Source: an uncultured Thermoleophilaceae bacterium
Lineage (GTDB): Bacteria; Actinomycetota; Thermoleophilia; Solirubrobacterales; Thermoleophilaceae
Assembly: GCA_963715995.1 (NCBI GenBank)
Contig: OY970283.1
Coordinates: 2,866,411 to 2,930,410 of the forward strand
Direction of reading: 5' to 3'
Length of the DNA stretch: 64,000 nt
The notes beneath the pieces were generated by a model. That model was not told where the DNA came from, did no database searches, and worked only from the letters and a program-made list of their open reading frames with translations. Positions within the stretch are counted from its first letter, which is position 1. Every line of letters begins with the position of its first letter. Both the position numbers and the translations under genes were made by a program. Shown here in pieces: positions 10,040 to 20,232 of this stretch.

Positions 10040-10830
10040 CCGAGAAGCTTCCTTTCTTCGAGCCAGGCCACGATCTGCTGGACCGTCTCGTCCGTGTCCT
10101 CGTCCTCGATGATCTTCCCGGCCGACTTCTCCGGCGGCGGGTTGATGCCGAGAACCTCAGTCTTCGAGCCGGACTCGCCGACCTTGTCGCCCTCGATGCC
10201 GACGTCCCCCGCCGACTTCGTGTCGAGCTGCTTCTTCTTCGCGCCCATGATCGCCTTGAGCGACGGGTAGCGCGGCTCGTTGATGGCGTCGCCGACCGAG
10301 ATGACTGCCGGCAGCTCCACCTCGACGGTGTCGTAGCCGTACTCGGCCTGGCGCTCGCAAACGAGCGCGCCGCCCTCGACGTCGATCTTGATGACCTGCG
10401 TGAGTGACGGCATCTTCAGGTGGTCGGCCACGATCGCGCCGATCGTGTAGCACTCGCCGTCATCCGACTGCTGGCCCAGCAGGACCAGGTCGGGCGCCTC
10501 AGACTCGAGCACCTTCGCGAGCGCGTAGCCGGTCGCGGCCACGTCCGATCCCGCCAGCGACTCGTCGGTCAGGTGCAGCGAGCGGTCGGCTCCGAGCGAG
10601 ACGGCCTTGTGCAGCGCGCGGAACGCGCTCTCGGGCCCCATCGTCACGGCGATGATCTCCTCGACCTCGACCGAGCCGCCCTCCTTGATCTGCATCGCGG
10701 CCTCGATCGCGTGCGTGTCGAAGGGGTTCAGGTTCTTTTCCCCGCTGCGGTCGAGGCGCTTGGTCCCTGGGTCCATGCGCTTCTCCACCGCGGCGTCCGG
10801 CACCTCTTTCACCAGGACGCAAATCTTCAA
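10036..10830 (-). CDS. etfB: electron transfer flavoprotein subunit beta
   Basis: MKICVLVKEVPD...NPFDTHAIEAA...VTMGP...LLGQQSDDGE. TTG start 10830 with AAGGAG 8 nt upstream. Confidence 0.9.
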   Translation of the reverse strand: MKICVLVKEVPDAAVEKRMDPGTKRLDRSGEKNLNPFDTHAIEAAMQIKEGGSVEVEEIIAVTMGPESAFRALHKAVSLGADRSLHLTDESLAGSDVAATGYALAKVLESEAPDLVLLGQQSDDGECYTIGAIVADHLKMPSLTQVIKIDVEGGALVCERQAEYGYDTVEVELPAVISVGDAINEPRYPSLKAIMGAKKKQLDTKSAGDVGIEGDKVGESGSKTEVLGINPPPEKSAGKIIEDEDTDETVQQIVAWLEERKLLG

Positions 10831-10872
10831 AGTGGTCTCCTTTGTTGGTACGGCGAGCGGGATGTTACCCCG

Positions 10873-10892
10873 CTGATTGACTCGTCAATCAG
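10873..10892. promoter_or_regulatory. perfect 9+9 bp palindrome CTGATTGAC-TC-GTCAATCAG, candidate operator in the etfB promoter region
   Basis: Seen directly, 43-62 nt upstream of the etfB start. On the etf strand it contains the -35-like TTGACG, with TAACAT 15 nt downstream. It overlaps the stop codon of the B12-binding subunit gene. Confidence 0.3.
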
Positions 10893-11299
10893 TCCGTGTT
10901 GACGTTGGTCCGCAGGAAGTCCACGATCTCCTGCGTCGGCGAGCCCGGAGTGAACACCTCGGCTACACCGAGCTCCTTCAGCTGCGGGATGTCGTCATGC
11001 GGGATCGTCCCGCCGACGACCAGCACAACCCCCTCCGCCCCCTGCTCCTTCAGGAGCGCGGCGACCTTGGGCACGAGCGTCATGTGCGCGCCCGAGAGGA
11101 TCGACAGGCCGACTGCGTCGGCGTCTTCCTGGATCACCGTGGCGGCGATCTGCTCCGGCGTCTGGTGCAGCCCGGTGTAGATCACCTCCATTCCGGCATC
11201 GCGCAGAGCGCGGGCGATGATCTTCGCCCCCCGGTCGTGCCCGTCCAAGCCCGGCTTCGCGACAACGACCCGGATCTTGCCTCTGGATGCGGCTTCCAC
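10889..11299 (-). CDS. icmB: B12-binding small subunit of acyl-CoA mutase (methylmalonyl-CoA mutase family, ICM-type partner)
   Basis: [36 protein letters not shown] carries the DxHxxG cobalamin-binding motif. Start uncertain: GTG 11299 or TTG 11338. Confidence 0.75.
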   Translation of the reverse strand: MEAASRGKIRVVVAKPGLDGHDRGAKIIARALRDAGMEVIYTGLHQTPEQIAATVIQEDADAVGLSILSGAHMTLVPKVAALLKEQGAEGVVLVVGGTIPHDDIPQLKELGVAEVFTPGSPTQEIVDFLRTNVNTD

Positions 11300-11322
11300 G
11301 GCGGGGCGGGATGCTACCCGGC

Positions 11323-12642
11323 ATGCGGCGGCGGCCAACTCCCGGGCTCATGCTGCTCGGGGTCGTGCTGCTCGGCGCCCTGGCGCTGCGGCTCGTCGCG
11401 ATCGGCGACCCGCTGTCGAACGACGAGGGCTACACCTGGGTCGTCACCTCGGCGCACGCGCCGGGCCTGCTGCTGGACCGCCTGGCGGCCTACGAGAACA
11501 CGCCGCCCCTCTACTACCTGCTCACGTGGCCGCTGCCGGACGCCGGCGTTGCGTGGCTGCGGATCGTCGCGGTGCTGGCCGGGACGGGTTGCGTGGCCGC
11601 GGTCTGGTGGGTCGCGCAGGTCACACGATCGACATTTGCGACGCATAGCGTCGTCGATGTCGATCGCGTGGCGATCTTCGCCGCCGCGGCACTCGCGGTC
11701 GCGCCGTTTGCGGTCTCGTACTCCGACTACGCGCGCGGCTTCGTGCTGGCCGATCTGGCGCTGGTGGTGGCGCTCGGGGCGGCGCTTCGCGAGCGCTGGT
11801 GGCTGTACGCGCTGGCGGCGACGGTGGCGCTCTACAGCGAGTACGACAGCGCTCTGTTCCTGATCGCGCTGGCGCTTGCGGTCGGGTGGCGCCGGCGCGC
11901 CGTCGCGCTTCGGGTGCTTGCGCCGATCGCGGCCCTTGCGCTGTGGCTGCCGGAGGCGCTCCGCGACAGCGCCACCAAGGTGTCACCCACGTATCCGGCC
12001 CCGAGCTCGGCGAGCCTGCGTGACACGCTCGTACGGCTGACGTTCGGCGAGCACGGGACCGCCCACGCCACCAGCGTCCGCTGGCTCCAGCTCCTCGTGG
12101 TCGCAGCAGTTTGCGCATGGGCATACACAAGGGCTCCGAAGGTGCTCGCGACATTGGCGGGCGGCACGCTCGCGCTCCATGCGGTCACGGCCTGGATCGG
12201 GCCGGACGTCTTCGCCCCCCGCTACCTGACCGAGCTGATCCCGCTCACGGCGCTCACCCTCGGTTACGCGCTCGCCGGCCTGCGCGCGCGCGAGCTGCGG
12301 GTGGCAGCGGCGGTTGCGATCGCGGTGCTCGGCGCCGGCGTGGCCGTCAGGCGCACGGGCGGGAGCGACGAGCCGGACGGGGCGCGGGTCGCACACGAGG
12401 TCGCACCGCTTGCGCGCGGCCGCGTCGTGCTGACCAACAGCGCGGTCGTGGACTACTACCTGCGCGACCTCCACCCGCGCCTCGACCGCCCGTTCGGGCT
12501 CGGGCCGGGGCTCGAGGCAGGCTGCGCAGGCCGCTGCCTGATCATCGACGACGCGCGCGTGGCCGGCGGCCCGCGGCGCGGCCCCGGGCCGTCACGGCAC
12601 TACGGGCCGATCTACGTGCGGGTGCTACCGGGAGCTACTTGA
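11323..12642 (+). CDS. polytopic membrane glycosyltransferase, GT-C fold (ArnT/PMT/GT39-like)
   Basis: N-terminus [29 protein letters not shown]...[10 protein letters not shown] is typical of 4-amino-arabinose/mannosyl transferase-like enzymes, with about 10 TM segments. Start is ATG 11287, 11311 or 11323. Confidence 0.55.
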   Translation: MRRRPTPGLMLLGVVLLGALALRLVAIGDPLSNDEGYTWVVTSAHAPGLLLDRLAAYENTPPLYYLLTWPLPDAGVAWLRIVAVLAGTGCVAAVWWVAQVTRSTFATHSVVDVDRVAIFAAAALAVAPFAVSYSDYARGFVLADLALVVALGAALRERWWLYALAATVALYSEYDSALFLIALALAVGWRRRAVALRVLAPIAALALWLPEALRDSATKVSPTYPAPSSASLRDTLVRLTFGEHGTAHATSVRWLQLLVVAAVCAWAYTRAPKVLATLAGGTLALHAVTAWIGPDVFAPRYLTELIPLTALTLGYALAGLRARELRVAAAVAIAVLGAGVAVRRTGGSDEPDGARVAHEVAPLARGRVVLTNSAVVDYYLRDLHPRLDRPFGLGPGLEAGCAGRCLIIDDARVAGGPRRGPGPSRHYGPIYVRVLPGAT

Positions 12643-12940
12643 CCTTGACGACGGTCTTCATCGACGAGTGGACCTGGCAGATGATCGTGAAGGTGCCCTT
12701 CTTCGAGAACTTGTGCGTGTAGGTCGTGCCCTTCTTCGACACGACGTGCGAAGTGAACCCGGGACCCTTCACGTTGTGCGGCTGGCCATCGCTCCACGTC
12801 CACCTGACCGAGCCGCCCTTCCTGATGGTGATCGTCTTCTTGGCACCGACATGCCACGACACGCCCGTTGCCGCGAAGGCGGAGGCGGCAAGCACGGCCA
12901 GGACGACGGAAACAGTTACGAGTGCTGCGATTCGGCGCAT
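12635..12940 (-). CDS. secreted cupredoxin (plastocyanin/azurin-family blue copper protein)
   Basis: Signal peptide. Candidate type-1 Cu ligands are H (GQPHNV) and C-x2-H-x2-M (IICQVHSSM). 101 aa. Confidence 0.65.
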   Translation of the reverse strand: MRRIAALVTVSVVLAVLAASAFAATGVSWHVGAKKTITIRKGGSVRWTWSDGQPHNVKGPGFTSHVVSKKGTTYTHKFSKKGTFTIICQVHSSMKTVVKVK

Positions 12941-12949
12941 GTGTAGAGC

Positions 12950-13594
12950 CTAACCCGAGACGAGTTCCTTGAACTCGGGTTCTTCGCGCAGGGACAACAG
13001 ATCGTCGTCGGTCGCGGCCCAGCCGCGCACCTCCGGCTCGCGCTCGATGGCGCGGCGGAGCGCGGCGAGCGCGGGCTCCGAGTTGCCCGCCACGGCCTCC
13101 CAGCAGGCCAGCTCGTAGAGGATGCTGGGACTGGTTGGCCACGCCTCGAGGCCCTCGTCCAGCAGCTTGCGCGCGGCGTCCCGATCGGTCTTCTTCAGCT
13201 GCGAGGCGCGGAAGGTCCATTCCCACGCCGACGGCTTGAACACCGGCGGCCCGCCGAAGCTCAGCACGGTCGTGCCCGGCTCCTGCGCGACCGCGTGCCG
13301 GTGAGTGGCCGTGTCCGGCACGAACACGTAGGTGCCGGCCGGCGCGTCGTGCTCCTCGCCGTCGAGGATGAAGCGGGCGCGTCCCGTCGCCACGAAGTAG
13401 AGCTCCTGGTGGCCGAGCTCGGGGCTCTCGGTGTGCGGCTCGACCACGTCCTCGCCGGCGGCCTCGGCCGTGTACGCGTTGGTGCCGAACGCCTCGATGC
13501 CCAGCGTCAGCCGCACGGGGCGCCAGGTGAGGGTGCCCGGGCCGGGCACCGCCTCGACGTCCTCCAGCCGGATGACTTTCGGGGCACGCGTCAG
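12950..13594 (-). CDS. cupin-domain protein with C-terminal helical (TPR-like) region
   Basis: Cupin core [22 protein letters not shown]...[14 protein letters not shown]. Start ambiguous: CTG 13594 (CTGA overlap with mutase stop), GTG 13549, or track start 13678. Confidence 0.5.
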   Translation of the reverse strand: MTRAPKVIRLEDVEAVPGPGTLTWRPVRLTLGIEAFGTNAYTAEAAGEDVVEPHTESPELGHQELYFVATGRARFILDGEEHDAPAGTYVFVPDTATHRHAVAQEPGTTVLSFGGPPVFKPSAWEWTFRASQLKKTDRDAARKLLDEGLEAWPTSPSILYELACWEAVAGNSEPALAALRRAIEREPEVRGWAATDDDLLSLREEPEFKELVSG

Positions 13595-15186
13595 AAGACC
13601 GGCGTCTCCGTGTAGGTGCCGAACACGCGCTGGAGCGATTCCACGATCTCGCCCTCGCTGCAGTGCGCCCGCGCGCATTCGAGCAACGGGTCCATGAGGT
13701 TGACGTCGCCCGCGGCGGCTTCGCGCAGCGTTGTCAGGGTGCTTTCCACCTTGTCGGCGGCGCGCGCAGCCTTGACCGCCTGGACGCGGTCGACCTGCTT
13801 GCGCTCGAGCCCGGGCGCGATCCGCAGGATCTCGAGCGGCGGCTCGTCCCCGACCTCGTAGCCGTTCACGCCGACGATGATGCGCTGGCCGGACTCGACC
13901 TCTTCCTGATAGCGGAACGAGGCCTCGGCGATCTCGCGCTGCGGGTAGTTCTGCTCGATCGCGGCGACCATGCCCCCGAGCTCGTCGATCGTGGCGAAGT
14001 ACTCGTAGGCCGCCGCCTCCATCCGGTCGGTGAGCGCCTCCACGAAGTACGCGCCGCCGAGCGGGTCGGTGGTGTTCACGACTCCGGTTTCCTCGGCGAT
14101 TATCTGCTGGGTGCGCAGCGCCACGCGGACGGCCTCCTCGGTAGGGAGCGCCAGCGCCTCGTCGAACGAGTTGGTGTGGAGCGACTGCGTGCCGCCGAGG
14201 ATCCCGGCAAGTGCCTCGATGGCCGTGCGCACGATGTTGTTGAGCGGCTGCTGCGCGGTCAGCGACACGCCGGCCGTCTGCGTGTGGAAGCGCATCAGCA
14301 GCGAGCGCTCGCTCTTCGCGCCATAGGTGTCGCGCAGCTCGCGTGCCCAGATGCGGCGCGCGGCCCGGTACTTGGCGATCTCCTCGAAGAAGTCGATGTG
14401 GGCGTTGAAGAAGAAGCTCAGCCTTGGAGCGAAGTCGTCAACGTCGAGGCCGCGCTCGATCGCCCGCTCGACATAGGTGAAGCCGTCCTTGAGCGTGAAC
14501 GCAAGCTCCTGCTGGGCGGTCGAGCCGGCCTCGCGGATGTGGTAGCCGGAGATCGAGATCGGGTGCCAGCGCGGCATGTGTCGCGAGCAGTACTCGACCA
14601 TGTCGGTGACCAGCCGCATGGCCGGCTCGATCGGGAAGCACCACTCCTTCTGAGCGATGTATTCCTTGAGGATGTCGGTCTGGATCGTCCCGGCCAGCTG
14701 CTCGGCCGGGACCCCCTGGCGCTCAGCCGCGACGACGTAGAACGCAAGCATCACGGCAGCCGGGGCGTTGATGGTCATAGAGGTCGATATGTCACCCATC
14801 GGAATGCCACGGAAGAGCGTCTCCATGTCGTCGAGCGTGTCGATCGCGACGCCCTCGCGGCCCACTTCGCCGAGCGAGCGCGGATGATCCGAGTCGTGAC
14901 CCATCAGGGAGGGCATGTCGAACGCTGTGGAGAGGCCGGTCTGCCCGTGGTCGAGCAGGTAGCGGAAGCGCTCGTTGGTCTCCTCGGCAGTGCCGAAGCC
15001 CGCGAACTGCCGCATGGTCCAGAGACGGCCGCGGTACATCGACTCGTAGACGCCGCGCGTGTATGGGAACTCCCCGGGCAGGCCGATCGTGTCGAGGTCG
15101 GGCAGGTCGGCCGCGGTGTAAAGCGGCTTCACCTCCTCCCCGGAGATCGTGGTGTGCAGAACATCCCTTCGCGGGGCGACAGCCAT
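13591..15186 (-). CDS. icmA: acyl-CoA mutase large (catalytic) subunit, methylmalonyl-CoA mutase family with isobutyryl-CoA-mutase-type signature
   Basis: [27 protein letters not shown] and [16 protein letters not shown] place Phe and Gln where MCM has Tyr89/Arg207. ATG 15186 (MAVAPRRDV); the upstream 81 codons of the track ORF are non-homologous. Confidence 0.85.
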   Translation of the reverse strand: MAVAPRRDVLHTTISGEEVKPLYTAADLPDLDTIGLPGEFPYTRGVYESMYRGRLWTMRQFAGFGTAEETNERFRYLLDHGQTGLSTAFDMPSLMGHDSDHPRSLGEVGREGVAIDTLDDMETLFRGIPMGDISTSMTINAPAAVMLAFYVVAAERQGVPAEQLAGTIQTDILKEYIAQKEWCFPIEPAMRLVTDMVEYCSRHMPRWHPISISGYHIREAGSTAQQELAFTLKDGFTYVERAIERGLDVDDFAPRLSFFFNAHIDFFEEIAKYRAARRIWARELRDTYGAKSERSLLMRFHTQTAGVSLTAQQPLNNIVRTAIEALAGILGGTQSLHTNSFDEALALPTEEAVRVALRTQQIIAEETGVVNTTDPLGGAYFVEALTDRMEAAAYEYFATIDELGGMVAAIEQNYPQREIAEASFRYQEEVESGQRIIVGVNGYEVGDEPPLEILRIAPGLERKQVDRVQAVKAARAADKVESTLTTLREAAAGDVNLMDPLLECARAHCSEGEIVESLQRVFGTYTETPVF

Positions 15187-15210
15187 CGGACGGCAGTCTA
15201 GGCGCGCCGG

Positions 15211-16143
15211 ATGCGGGGTATTCCAGGACAAGTGCGTGGATTGAAAAAGGCAATCGAGCGCGGCCAGTTCCAGCTCTTCTACCAGCCAAAGGCCGACCTG
15301 AGGACGGGTCGCATCGTCGGCGTTGAGGCGCTCGTGCGCTGGAACAACCCGCGCAAGGGCCTGCTCGGCCCTGCCGAGTTCGTGCCGGCCGCCGAGCGCA
15401 GCGACTCCGCCATCCGCGCCCTCACGCATTGGACGCTCGATGCCGCGTGCCAGCAGGTGCGCGCATGGCAGCTCGAGGGCCTTGACCTGACCGTGGCCGT
15501 GAACCTCTCGCCGCGCGTGCTCGACGTGGGGCTGGCCGACGAGGTCAACACGGTGCTCAAGAAGTGGGACGTGCCGCCCACGCTCGTCCAGCTCGAGCTG
15601 ACCGAGACCGCCGTGTTCGCGATGTCGGACCAGGAGCTCGTGGCGGAGAGCCTGGACCAGCTCTCGGACATCGGCCTGGTGCTGGCACTCGACGACTTCG
15701 GGACCGGCTACTCGTCACTCGCCCGCCTGCGCGACCTGCCGATCCACAAGGTGAAGATCGACCGCTCGTTCGTGTCGCAGATGGACGAGAAGCCGCAGGA
15801 CGCGCTGATCGTCCGCGGCGTCATCGCGCTCGCGAAGAGCCTCCATCTGCGGGTGGTAGCCGAGGGCGTCGAGTCAGAGCCCGTGTGGCGGCGGCTCTCA
15901 GACCTCGGCTGCGACGTGGCGCAGGGCAACTACCTGAGCCGGCCGCTGCCGCCCGCCGAGCTGGTCGCGTGGGTGCGCCAGTGGCAGGAGCTCTACGAGG
16001 AGGCCCACCGCATGGCCGACGAGCTGCTCGAGCGCCGCATGGGCCCGAACGACCGCCGCTCGGGCCCGTCTGATCGCCGCGACGAGTACACGGGCCAGGG
16101 CCGCTTCAAGCGGCGCCGGGGCGACCGCGCGCACTTCGCGTAG
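15211..16143 (+). CDS. stand-alone EAL-domain c-di-GMP phosphodiesterase
   Basis: QLFYQPK...GVEALVRW...ELTE...[10 protein letters not shown]...KIDRSF...AEGVE...QG motifs. The start could be GTG 15232. Confidence 0.8.
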   Translation: MRGIPGQVRGLKKAIERGQFQLFYQPKADLRTGRIVGVEALVRWNNPRKGLLGPAEFVPAAERSDSAIRALTHWTLDAACQQVRAWQLEGLDLTVAVNLSPRVLDVGLADEVNTVLKKWDVPPTLVQLELTETAVFAMSDQELVAESLDQLSDIGLVLALDDFGTGYSSLARLRDLPIHKVKIDRSFVSQMDEKPQDALIVRGVIALAKSLHLRVVAEGVESEPVWRRLSDLGCDVAQGNYLSRPLPPAELVAWVRQWQELYEEAHRMADELLERRMGPNDRRSGPSDRRDEYTGQGRFKRRRGDRAHFA

Positions 16144-16166
16144 GGAGGGCGGCGGGTGCCGCCGCC

Positions 16167-17546
16167 TCAGTCGCTGAAGCGCCCTGCCAGGACTGCCGCC
16201 GGCTCCGGTACGTCGTAGAAGTAGCCCTGGCTCACGTCGCAGCCGAGCGCTCGTGCCTGGTCTGCCTGTGCTTCGGTCTCGACGCCCTCGGCGATCGTCG
16301 TCAGGCCCAGCGTCGAGGCCATCATCGCCACCGCGCCGACGATCGCGGAGTTGCGCTCATCGTCGCCCAGGCCCGTGATGAACGAGCGGTCCACCTTGAG
16401 CGCGTGCAGCGGCAGCATCTGCTTGAGCTGCGCGAGCGAGGAGATGCCAACGCCGAAGTCGTCGACCACGACCTTGACGCCGAGCTTCTTCAGCTCGGTC
16501 AAGGTGGCCATCGTGACGGCTGGGTCGCGCGTGACCGTGGTCTCGGTGACCTCGAGGCAGAGCGCCTTCGGCGGCAGCCCGCTGTCGAGCAGCGCGCGCC
16601 TGACCACGTCGACGATGTCGGGCTGCGCCAGCTGGCCCGCCGAGATGTTCACCGCGATGTCGATGTCGGCGCCCTCGCGCCGCCAGGTTGCGACCTGATC
16701 GCAGGCCTCACGCAGGACCCACTCGCCGATCTCCATCATCAGCCCGGTCTCCTCGGCCAGCGGCACGAACTCGGCCGGCGAGAGCAGGCCACGCTCGGGG
16801 TGCTCCCAGCGAACGAGCGCCTCCAGCGCCACGACCTTGTCCTGGGCGTAGGAGACCTGCGGCTGGTAGTAGACACGCAGCTCGTCCTGTGCCAGCGCAC
16901 GGCGCAGGTCGCTTTCGAGGTCGAGCCGCGCCACGATGCGCTCGCGCAGCGCGTCGTCGAACACCTCCACGCGTCCGGGGCCGCCCTCCTTCGCGCGGTA
17001 CATCGCGGCGTCCGCATCACGTAGCAGCGTCTCGGCGGTGACATCGGGGCCGGCGCCGAGCGCCACGCCGACCGACGCGCTCACGTGCATGTCGCGGCTG
17101 CCCAGCTTGAAGGGGTCGGTGGTCGCCTCGACAACGCGCTGGCCGACCGTGACGGCATCGCGCGCCTCGCCGATGTCCTCGCAGAGGACGACGAACTCGT
17201 CGCCGCCGAAGCGGGCAATCGTGTCGCTTGGGCGCACCGCGTGCAGCAGCCGGCCGGCGAGCTCGACCAGCAGCTGGTCGCCCGCCGTGTGGCCGAGGCT
17301 GTCGTTGACGACCTTGAAGTTGTCGAGGTCGATGAACAGCACCGCCAGGCTCATGTCGCTGCGCCTGAGGCGCGCGAGAGCCAGCTCCAAGCGATTCAGG
17401 AAGAGCGTGCGATTCGGGAGATCGGTCAGCGGATCGTGGAGGACACGATGAGCAAGACCGTCATTGCCGTCAGTTGGTGGCTTCCGTGCCGTGCTCCCAT
17501 TATCTGTGAGCACGGCGCCAAATGCGAGGTCCGAGATAGCCACCAC
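16167..17546 (-). CDS. GGDEF-EAL bifunctional c-di-GMP protein
   Basis: DPLTDLPNR, RFGGDEFVV (intact GGDEF), then EALVRW, EVTE, DDFGVG, KVDRSF and EGVET. No obvious sensor domain. Confidence 0.85.
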   Translation of the reverse strand: MVAISDLAFGAVLTDNGSTARKPPTDGNDGLAHRVLHDPLTDLPNRTLFLNRLELALARLRRSDMSLAVLFIDLDNFKVVNDSLGHTAGDQLLVELAGRLLHAVRPSDTIARFGGDEFVVLCEDIGEARDAVTVGQRVVEATTDPFKLGSRDMHVSASVGVALGAGPDVTAETLLRDADAAMYRAKEGGPGRVEVFDDALRERIVARLDLESDLRRALAQDELRVYYQPQVSYAQDKVVALEALVRWEHPERGLLSPAEFVPLAEETGLMMEIGEWVLREACDQVATWRREGADIDIAVNISAGQLAQPDIVDVVRRALLDSGLPPKALCLEVTETTVTRDPAVTMATLTELKKLGVKVVVDDFGVGISSLAQLKQMLPLHALKVDRSFITGLGDDERNSAIVGAVAMMASTLGLTTIAEGVETEAQADQARALGCDVSQGYFYDVPEPAAVLAGRFSD

Positions 17547-18279
17547 CCATACCTAGCAGCCCGATGCCTGCCGCACCGCCTGCCAGCCGGAGCCGCCGGC
17601 CGAGGCGATCGAAGCGCATGATCTCCCAGCCTTCCTCGCGCGCAACCCTCGCGAGCTCCGAATCCGGGTTGACAGCGACCGGGTGGCCCACAGCCCGCAG
17701 CATCGGAAGATCCGACTCGGAATCGGAGTAGGCCCAGGACTCGGCAAGGTCGAAGCCCTCTTCCCCGGCCACCCCGCGAATCGCCTCAGCCTTGCCGTCG
17801 CGATAGGTGAACGGTCCCTCGGGCTTGCCCGTGTAGACGCCGTCGCGGACCTCTGAACGGGCCCCGATCGCGCCGTCGAACACGAGCACCCGCGCCAGCA
17901 GCTCGGCGATCTCCTGCGACGCGGCGGTGACGATGTACACGGGCCGGCCGGCGTCCTGGTGGCGATAGGCCACCTCGAGCATCTGCGGGTAGACGCGCGG
18001 CAGGATGCCCGCGAGCACCTGCGGCGTCAGCCGGGCAAGGTCGACCACGCGCCGTCCGGCTATGGCCTCGTAGACGCGGCGCCGCAACTGGTCGGTCGCC
18101 TCGTCGGTCGAGCCCTGGAGGCGGAAGCGCACGTTCGCCATGACGTCGCGCCCCATCTGGCGCTTGGACAGCTGCCCCGCGTTGTAGGACGCACGCGCGA
18201 AGTGGAAGGCCGACGAGCCCTCCATGAGCGTCTTGTCCAGGTCGAAGAAGGCTGCGCCGCGCGCAGGCTCAGCCGCCAT
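17500..18279 (-). CDS. HAD-IB family hydrolase (SerB-like) with C-terminal membrane anchor
   Basis: AAFFDLDKTLMEG (DxD motif)...YIVTAASQE...AYSDSESDLPML. ATG 18279, 11-nt overlap with the thiolase stop. Confidence 0.7.
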   Translation of the reverse strand: MAAEPARGAAFFDLDKTLMEGSSAFHFARASYNAGQLSKRQMGRDVMANVRFRLQGSTDEATDQLRRRVYEAIAGRRVVDLARLTPQVLAGILPRVYPQMLEVAYRHQDAGRPVYIVTAASQEIAELLARVLVFDGAIGARSEVRDGVYTGKPEGPFTYRDGKAEAIRGVAGEEGFDLAESWAYSDSESDLPMLRAVGHPVAVNPDSELARVAREEGWEIMRFDRLGRRLRLAGGAAGIGLLGMGGGYLGPRIWRRAHR

Positions 18280-19456
18280 TGACCTCGAGGATGATCGCGT
18301 CGCCCTGGCCTCCGCCCGAGCAGATCGCGGCAACCCCGAGTCCACCGCCCCGGCGCCGGAGCTCGTGCACGAGCGACCCGAGGATCCGCGCGCCCGACGC
18401 GCCGATCGGGTGCCCGAGCGCAATCGCGCCGCCGTTCACGTTCACCTTCGACTCGTCAACGCCGAGCATGCGCACCGAATTGAGCGCAACCGACGCGAAC
18501 GCCTCGTTGATCTCGAACAGGTCGATGTCGTCCACCGACAGGCCGGCCTTCTCGAGCGCGAGCTTGGTCGCGTTCGCGGGCGTGCGCGCGAGGTAGGGGA
18601 AGTCGTCGGCCACAGCCGCCTGAGCGACGACGGTGGCCAGCACCTCGCGCCCGTTCGACTGCGCCCACTCGTCGCTCGACACCACGAGCGCGCCGGCGCC
18701 GTCGTTCACGCCCGGCGAGTTGCCGGCCGTGTGGCTGCCGTCCTTGCCCGTCAGGCCGGGAAGCTTGGCCAGCGTCTCGAGCGTCGAGTCACGCCGGGGC
18801 GCCTCGTCGATCTCCACAACCGTCTCGCTCTTCCTCGACTTGACCGTGACGGGAACGATCTCCTCGGGCAGCCGGCCCGCATCGGTGGCCTCGACAGCCA
18901 GCTCGTGGCTGCGCAGCGCCCACTTGTCCAGGTCGGCGCGCGTGATCTCGAGCTCGTCGCCGACCTCGGTGGCCTCGACGAACATCTGCTTGCCGGTGAA
19001 CGGGTTCGTCAGCCCGTCGTGCACCATCGCGTCGAGCATCTTCGCGTCGCCCATCCGGTAGCCGAAGCGGCCCTGCGTCAGCAGGTACGGCGCGCCCGAC
19101 ATCGACTCCATGCCGCCGGCCACGATCGGGCCCGCGATGTCGCCCGCGCGCACGTATTGGTCCGCCAGGCCGACCGCGCGCAGGCTCGAGGCACACACCT
19201 TGTTGATGGTCTCCGAGGGCACTTCCTTGGGAATCCCGCCCTTGATCTGCGCCTGGCGTGAGGGCACCTGGCCCTGGCCGGCCTGAAGGACCTGGCCGAA
19301 AACGACGTGTTCGACCTGGTCGGGCGCGACGCCGGCGCGCTCGAGGGCGCCGCGGATGGCCGTGCCGCCGAGCTCGATCGCGTCGACCGAGGCGAGCGCG
19401 CCGCCCATCTTCCCGAACGGGGTGCGGGCTGTGCCGAGAATGACTGTCTTGGGCAT
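18269..19456 (-). CDS. acetyl-CoA C-acetyltransferase (thiolase II)
   Basis: MPKTVILGTARTPFGKMGG..NKVCASSLRAV...NVNGGAIALGHPIGASGAR...AAICSGGGQGDA active-site signatures. Confidence 0.9.
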   Translation of the reverse strand: MPKTVILGTARTPFGKMGGALASVDAIELGGTAIRGALERAGVAPDQVEHVVFGQVLQAGQGQVPSRQAQIKGGIPKEVPSETINKVCASSLRAVGLADQYVRAGDIAGPIVAGGMESMSGAPYLLTQGRFGYRMGDAKMLDAMVHDGLTNPFTGKQMFVEATEVGDELEITRADLDKWALRSHELAVEATDAGRLPEEIVPVTVKSRKSETVVEIDEAPRRDSTLETLAKLPGLTGKDGSHTAGNSPGVNDGAGALVVSSDEWAQSNGREVLATVVAQAAVADDFPYLARTPANATKLALEKAGLSVDDIDLFEINEAFASVALNSVRMLGVDESKVNVNGGAIALGHPIGASGARILGSLVHELRRRGGGLGVAAICSGGGQGDAIILEVNGG

Positions 19457-19509
19457 GCGGGCCAGGATAGTGACGGGCCGCAGCACGCCGCGGCCCGTCT
19501 CCTAGTCCG

Positions 19510-20157
19510 TCAACCGAGCTCGCGTACCGGCATGACGATCCGGCCGAACGTTCTGTTCGTGACGCCGGCGAACGACGCGTACCAAGCCGCCGCCGCGGTC
19601 GCGATCCCGAGCCAGCCGCCCGCCTTCACGATCGACTCGGTGCCGTTCGCCTCTCCGATCCCGAGGACGATGAACGTCGCCGCCAGGAGCAGGAACACGA
19701 GGTTGACAGCCACCGACACGCGGAACGAAGCGATCCACATGTAGGTCGTGAAGATGCCCCACGCGATCAGGTAGAGGCCGACCGACGCACCCAGGTGCGC
19801 AGCCGGGATCTTCGCCGCGTGGAACTGCTGGAGCACGAAGAACGAGATCCAGAACGCCCCGTAGGACGTGAATGCCGTTGCTCCGAACGTGTTGTTGTTG
19901 CGGAACTCCCACATGCCGGCCAGGAGCTGAGCGATCCCGCCATAGGCGAGCGCAAGCCCCAGCACGACCGGGAGGCCCTTGTCGCTGACCAGGCCCGCGT
20001 TGAAGAAGCTCAGGACGAAAGTCGTGAGCGCAAACGCGGCGAGGCCGAGAGGCGCCGGGTCACCTATCGCCGGAGCGAGCGGGACGACGCCTCGTCCTTC
20101 TGGAACGACACCTTCTCCGTTCGCCGTGTGACGAACCGTAGTGGCTTCCATGTACAT
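19510..20157 (-). CDS. GPR1/FUN34/YaaH (SatP) family acetate/succinate transporter
   Basis: DPAPLGLAAFALTTFVLS signature (NPAPLGL-type) and six TM helices. Lies next to the thiolase. Confidence 0.75.
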   Translation of the reverse strand: MYMEATTVRHTANGEGVVPEGRGVVPLAPAIGDPAPLGLAAFALTTFVLSFFNAGLVSDKGLPVVLGLALAYGGIAQLLAGMWEFRNNNTFGATAFTSYGAFWISFFVLQQFHAAKIPAAHLGASVGLYLIAWGIFTTYMWIASFRVSVAVNLVFLLLAATFIVLGIGEANGTESIVKAGGWLGIATAAAAWYASFAGVTNRTFGRIVMPVRELG

Positions 20158-20232
20158 CCCTCCTTCGTCAAGGCGGGGGTACCCGAGGTTTCCCGGACTA
20201 CACTCGCGCGCTTGGCGATCGAGGTCACGACC

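Noticed and set aside
5813-10270. The longest ORF in the track (1485 aa, + strand)
   Set aside because: It lies antisense to four well-recognised genes (the Vgb-like gene, ETF-QO, etfA, etfB). Its product is an Arg/Ala/Gly/Asp-rich string with no motifs. Long stop-free antisense frames are expected at this GC content. The same reasoning applies to most other long ORFs antisense to annotated genes (e.g. 13663..15201, 18224..19261, 26858..28318, 28382..30202, 44698..45795).
15187-15210. Cobalamin riboswitch near the B12-dependent mutase genes
   Set aside because: The leaders of icmA, icmB and meaB are only tens of nucleotides long and lack the B12-box. None of the longer intergenic regions shows it either.
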